Below are positions 59,901 through 64,000 of a stretch of DNA of 64,000 nt, in pieces; position 1 is the stretch's first letter; every line of letters starts with the position of its first letter. The notes beneath the pieces were generated by a model. That model saw only the letters and a program-made list of their open reading frames with translations, did no database searches and had not been told where the DNA came from. Origin of the DNA: Nemertoderma westbladi (taxonomy: Eukaryota; Animalia; Xenacoelomorpha); NCBI GenBank assembly GCA_032718475.1, contig JAUCBJ010000709.1, positions 2,866 through 66,865 on the forward strand. Reading direction: 5' to 3'. Made by a program: the position numbers and the translations under genes.

Positions 59901-62900
59901 ACTATTCAGACACTTCCTTAAGGCGTCCAGCTATTACTAAGAGTGCCGGTGGTTACATGGGCAAGGTAACCAAAGTGACGAACTGGCTGACAACTTTACT
60001 AGACCAATCAGCTTACGATCCAGCTGACCTAGGGGAAATAATTGACAAATATAACATGACATTGAGACAGCAGGTCATTAACCTGCAGGAACTGGTCACA
60101 GTCGCTGAACGGCGGAGACAAGGTAAGTTACTAACATCCCTATATGACAAGTTACAAGTGATTAGGGACAACTTTTTGCGATTAAATAAGCGTGTAAACG
60201 CTCTTAGACAGGAATACCGAGGTAGTTTGACAGAAGGTGTAGACACCAACACCTTTGACTCTGAGGAGTTTGAGTTAGTAAAATGGTGTCAGAATTTCCA
60301 GAAGGAGTTAGAACAATACTTTAGGAAAAAGGGAGTTGTAGTTGCTGGGCTGCCTTTACCCACTAGAGAGAATATTGCAGACGCAGATAGCAACCCTTCA
60401 CAGGTAGGTCGGAGGAGATATCGGCAAACGAGCTCGGTAAGTTCGCAGTCTGTTACAGCATCGCAGCTGGTGACGCTGAAGCGGCTGAGCGAAGATGGCC
60501 GCCGAGCGAAGCAAATCCAAATCCAGTTTCATCAGGAAGAGGAGATTAGAAAGAGCACTGAGTTAGCTGAAGTAGAGCTAAAGCGACTAACTACAGATAT
60601 TTCTCGCCTCAGTATCACCGAGGAGGTGCCAGATGTATCAGCATTAGAGGAGGCTAATAAAGGAGAGCGGGAAGCATATGTACGTATTCTAACGATCGAA
60701 CGCGAGGAAGCTGAGCGTGAAGCACAGCGTGAGACGGCACGCTTGGAAGCTGAACAGGTAGCAGCTAAACGCGAGCGTGACCGCGTCATTGCTGAAGCTA
60801 AGTACAATAAGGAGGAAGCAGAACGACTCCGGCTTTTGGCGGAAACGGAGCGGATTAAGAAGGATAAACTGGCAGCCATTGAACGTAGACAACTTGAAAG
60901 TGAGTCAAACCTTCGTATGCAGTGTATAGCAGAGGAGAACCAGCGCATTGTAAGGGAGCGTGAACTGGCACTAAAGAAAGCTGAACTGCGTGAGAAACAT
61001 GAGGAACTTATGCTCCAACAGCAACAGCGACTAAGGGATGATGAGCGTCGACGGAAAGCAGAAGAGCTAGAGAATAACCGCCGGAGTATAGCGCTCCAAC
61101 TTGAGGAGGCGCAAACAACTTGGCGCTGCAATCGAATGGAGTCGCTACTAAGTGGGGTTGACCATGTAGCTTCATCAGTAGAACGCTTCAACCGAACTCA
61201 TGACAAGCATGGAATGGAGTCCAAGGTTCACTTCATCGATTCCTTCCATCGACAATTTGCTGGTAAAGGTTGGGTACCGCCAGAGGATGACTCCCCACCT
61301 AGCGTGATCGTGGAGCGGCGTCCTCGAGGTGAGTCAGATCGGCGGCGAAATGCTCCACCTTTTGCGAGTTCAGGTATGTACAACCTAACAGAAAATGTTC
61401 TGAATTCACCAAATGACAAATGGCAAACAGATTTAGGTGTTCCGAATGATCACCGACATATCGACCACCTGTCTCCGTACCACGCACAGGGATGCAAATG
61501 TTTGACCTGCCAGCCTATATCACCAATTGGAGCGGAGCCGTCTAATCCATTATCCAACGTTGAGTCCAAAGAAAAATTCAGGACTAAGGAAGTTGAGCAA
61601 CCTCGCAGATGGAATGAATCTCCAGGTGAAGGGAAATATATTCCAAATGAAACGAATAACCAGCCTCAGATCTCATTAGAACAATTGAAGGATGCTATCC
61701 AAGAGAGCAACCGTGGGGTGATCAACGAGGTCAGGCATGTTCAGGACCAGATCTTGGATGTACAACAGCAGGTGGATGGGGTCCAGGAACGTGTCGTGGG
61801 GGTTCATGAGCGAGTCGACGGAGTGCAGGAGCGAGTTCAACGCGTTCAAGGTCAAGTTAGCCAGGAATTCGAGCAGGTGAGATGGTCAGTGAAGGAGGTT
61901 CATGAGCAGATGGAGAGGGCCAAGCTAGAGATGGAAAAGAACAAGTTATCTGGCGTGAAACTGACTGTTCACCCCGAGACTAAACTGAAACCTCCAGTTG
62001 TAGACTGCAGGACCGATTCCGAAGAAGAATTGGATTGTCAACCAACGATTAACCATAAGGGTGTTTATGTGGGGGAGAGTCCGCGCATTCGAACAAGGGT
62101 AATCACTCCCAGCAAAACGCCAACTATCACACCCAAGTCCAAGACTGCTCACACTTTTGTAGCGCCTAGGGTGGATGTGGAAAATCCAGCACCAGTAAAT
62201 GCGATTGCGACTGAGTTGTCAAAATTTACAGCAAGGCAAAGTTTACCAACTACACAACCACCATGTTTCACTGGGATATCCAAACATTGGAGAAATTTTA
62301 TTAGCTACATTGATGCTAGTGTGGCGTCACAAGATTTTACATCCCAGGAAAAGTTCTCATATTTATATCAACTATTGCGGGGAGAACCAAAGGAACTGGT
62401 TAGTACTTTCATGGGAGATGATAATGCATTTCAGATGGCTTATGACAGGTTAGTAACCACCTATGGTGGAGATGTCAAAATGGCCAGGTCAGTGGTAGAT
62501 GAATTGACAAAGGGGGGCTTATGTACTACACCCATAGAGTTAGTAAAACTAGCTGATGCTATTAAATCGGCTATGAATATCTTACCGGTTTACGGTTGTG
62601 AACATTATGGCGCTAGACCCGACATTCTAGCAGCCTTAATGGGACGACTAGATGTGCGACATAGGCGTAAGGTAAGAGGGATAGAACGGCGTGTAGAAGC
62701 CAGGGGAGAACCCCTGTCCATCAAACATATCTATGACGTCATCTCAGCAGAAGGTGAAGCTGACTTGCGATCTAATTATTCTGAGGAATATTTGGGTTAT
62801 AACAAAAAACAATCCCTTAAATATCGAACAATGGTTAGTGCAGGGGATTATAATACAACCTATAATACTTTATCTGAAAAGAAGGTAGTTAGTACAGGAG

Positions 62901-64000
62901 GTAGTTTTGGAAATAGCGCCAAAACTAGTAAAGTAGCATCACCCATTGGTCCGAAGGCAATTAAGATACAACAGTTGCCTGAGGATTTTAAAGGGTGCCA
63001 ATATTGTTACCAATTAACTCAAAGGTCTAATGACCATAGACTGGCGAGTTGTAACCTATTTTCTAAGCTAGACGTGGACAAGCGCCGTCTAGTTATTAGA
63101 TCTTTAGACGCTTGTTGGAAATGCTTGGCAGTAGGCCATAAGCGCCGAGCCTGCACTGCCACTAATGTAAGTAATGGGTGTGCTGATTGCGGCAGGTTAC
63201 ACCATAGGTTGCTGCACACGCCTCAACACACTCCAACTAAGAAATACTTGAAGGACCACCCGACCAAGGTAGTTCGACCAAATGAAACCAGGAAGCTCCA
63301 GGTAACTTTCGCCCAGACTAGCCATACCGATGATAATTATCAGTCTGGATCAAGTGAAGAGGATTATAGTGGTGAGACCTCAGAGTCGGAATACGGTAGG
63401 ACCGATTGCGATTCAGAACCCAGCACTACCCTGCTTACACGGACACAGTCAGCATCATTTAGCGTAATACCTATTAAGATCCAAGGTAAGTGCGGCTCGA
63501 AACGCATTTATTGTTTATTAGACCATGCTTCAAATCAAAGCTATGTAGACGAGGAAATAGCTAGCGTGGTTGTGGATGTAGATCGACTAGAGTCCTCCAC
63601 AATGAATGTAGGATCGTTACATGGTCGCAGAGATGTCACTGTTAAATATGTCATGTTAACCATTGACTCTTTACTACCAAAGGAGGGGTTGTCAGACATA
63701 GAACAAAATTTGCTGCCGATTCACTGCTTAAAGTTCGCAGCCATACGCGATTTTACTCAGTTGCTAGGACCCGTATCAATGCCAAATAAAACGCAGAAGG
63801 AATATTTTAGGAAACATCACATACCGGAACATCGTGTAGACTATCGCAATATAGCGATGATTATCGGCACTGATCAATTCAATGCACACAGAGTGTTGGA
63901 ATATCGACCAAAGTTATGGACGCCGAATGAACCATACTCATGCAGAACACTATTGGGTTGGTACACACGGTTCCCATTAGATTGGCGTGGTAATGTTTCC
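56975..64000 (+). mobile_element. Second BEL/Pao LTR retrotransposon, 5' part (runs off the window)
   Basis: The LINE APE frame is cut at TGTTGG (56975, putative LTR start); PBS-like TGGTCC near 59063; Gag-protease ORF downstream. LTR limits are not verifiable here. Confidence 0.7.
59669..64000 (+). CDS. BEL/Pao Gag-Pol polyprotein N-terminal part (at least 1444 aa, appears open to the window end)
   Basis: ATG 59669; same frame at 62222 (LPTTQPPCFTGDIQTWRNF…EKFSYL, Gag), knuckles CQYC…H…C, CWKCLAVGH…C, CADCGRLHHRLLH, and protease LLDHASNQSYV at 63521. Absent from the ORF track, consistent with no stop inside the window. Confidence 0.88.
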   Translation, partial: MSQTSQTDIPVTDDFETADGLSQQLDVSVTPDTETISEPATQPAGVVATERLIAEGGAHTLIDTQHPDSEIPDADSSDYSDTSLRRPAITKSAGGYMGKVTKVTNWLTTLLDQSAYDPADLGEIIDKYNMTLRQQVINLQELVTVAERRRQGKLLTSLYDKLQVIRDNFLRLNKRVNALRQEYRGSLTEGVDTNTFDSEEFELVKWCQNFQKELEQYFRKKGVVVAGLPLPTRENIADADSNPSQVGRRRYRQTSSVSSQSVTASQLVTLKRLSEDGRRAKQIQIQFHQEEEIRKSTELAEVELKRLTTDISRLSITEEVPDVSALEEANKGEREAYVRILTIEREEAEREAQRETARLEAEQVAAKRERDRVIAEAKYNKEEAERLRLLAETERIKKDKLAAIERRQLESESNLRMQCIAEENQRIVRERELALKKAELREKHEELMLQQQQRLRDDERRRKAEELENNRRSIALQLEEAQTTWRCNRMESLLSGVDHVASSVERFNRTHDKHGMESKVHFIDSFHRQFAGKGWVPPEDDSPPSVIVERRPRGESDRRRNAPPFASSGMYNLTENVLNSPNDKWQTDLGVPNDHRHIDHLSPYHAQGCKCLTCQPISPIGAEPSNPLSNVESKEKFRTKEVEQPRRWNESPGEGKYIPNETNNQPQISLEQLKDAIQESNRGVINEVRHVQDQILDVQQQVDGVQERVVGVHERVDGVQERVQRVQGQVSQEFEQVRWSVKEVHEQMERAKLEMEKNKLSGVKLTVHPETKLKPPVVDCRTDSEEELDCQPTINHKGVYVGESPRIRTRVITPSKTPTITPKSKTAHTFVAPRVDVENPAPVNAIATELSKFTARQSLPTTQPPCFTGISKHWRNFISYIDASVASQDFTSQEKFSYLYQLLRGEPKELVSTFMGDDNAFQMAYDRLVTTYGGDVKMARSVVDELTKGGLCTTPIELVKLADAIKSAMNILPVYGCEHYGARPDILAALMGRLDVRHRRKVRGIERRVEARGEPLSIKHIYDVISAEGEADLRSNYSEEYLGYNKKQSLKYRTMVSAGDYNTTYNTLSEKKVVSTGGSFGNSAKTSKVASPIGPKAIKIQQLPEDFKGCQYCYQLTQRSNDHRLASCNLFSKLDVDKRRLVIRSLDACWKCLAVGHKRRACTATNVSNGCADCGRLHHRLLHTPQHTPTKKYLKDHPTKVVRPNETRKLQVTFAQTSHTDDNYQSGSSEEDYSGETSESEYGRTDCDSEPSTTLLTRTQSASFSVIPIKIQGKCGSKRIYCLLDHASNQSYVDEEIASVVVDVDRLESSTMNVGSLHGRRDVTVKYVMLTIDSLLPKEGLSDIEQNLLPIHCLKFAAIRDFTQLLGPVSMPNKTQKEYFRKHHIPEHRVDYRNIAMIIGTDQFNAHRVLEYRPKLWTPNEPYSCRTLLGWYTRFPLDWRGNVS

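Noticed and set aside
60532-61191. 219-aa Ser/Arg-rich minus-strand ORF
   Set aside because: It is the antisense shadow of the coiled-coil region of the plus-strand Gag.

Overview
AT-rich animal (probably invertebrate) genomic DNA dominated by mobile elements and satellites. There are two spliced host genes that the ORF track fragments or misses: a complete 6-exon rhodopsin-class GPCR (3951-16942, +, 304 aa) and the first four exons of a DEG/ENaC channel (32700-40043, +). Mobile elements include RTE LINE copies, an L2/Crack-like LINE 3' fragment, two RTEX-like LINE pieces, a near-intact P-element (31-bp TIR, 8-bp TSD) with a related non-autonomous copy, two BEL/Pao LTR retrotransposons, a solo LTR, MULE/Foldback-like and CMC-EnSpm-like MITEs, Helentron-like non-autonomous elements and tRNA-derived SINE heads. 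The most striking structure is in GPCR intron 5: about 5.75 tandem ~411-bp units, each with a tRNA-like Pol III promoter fused to a minimal type I hammerhead ribozyme (retrozyme-like). The array is joined to a LINE 3' end and an inverted copy of part of the unit, and the whole ~4-kb chimera sits between 13-bp target-site duplications inside an RTE copy. All calls were made by eye; no database searches were run.
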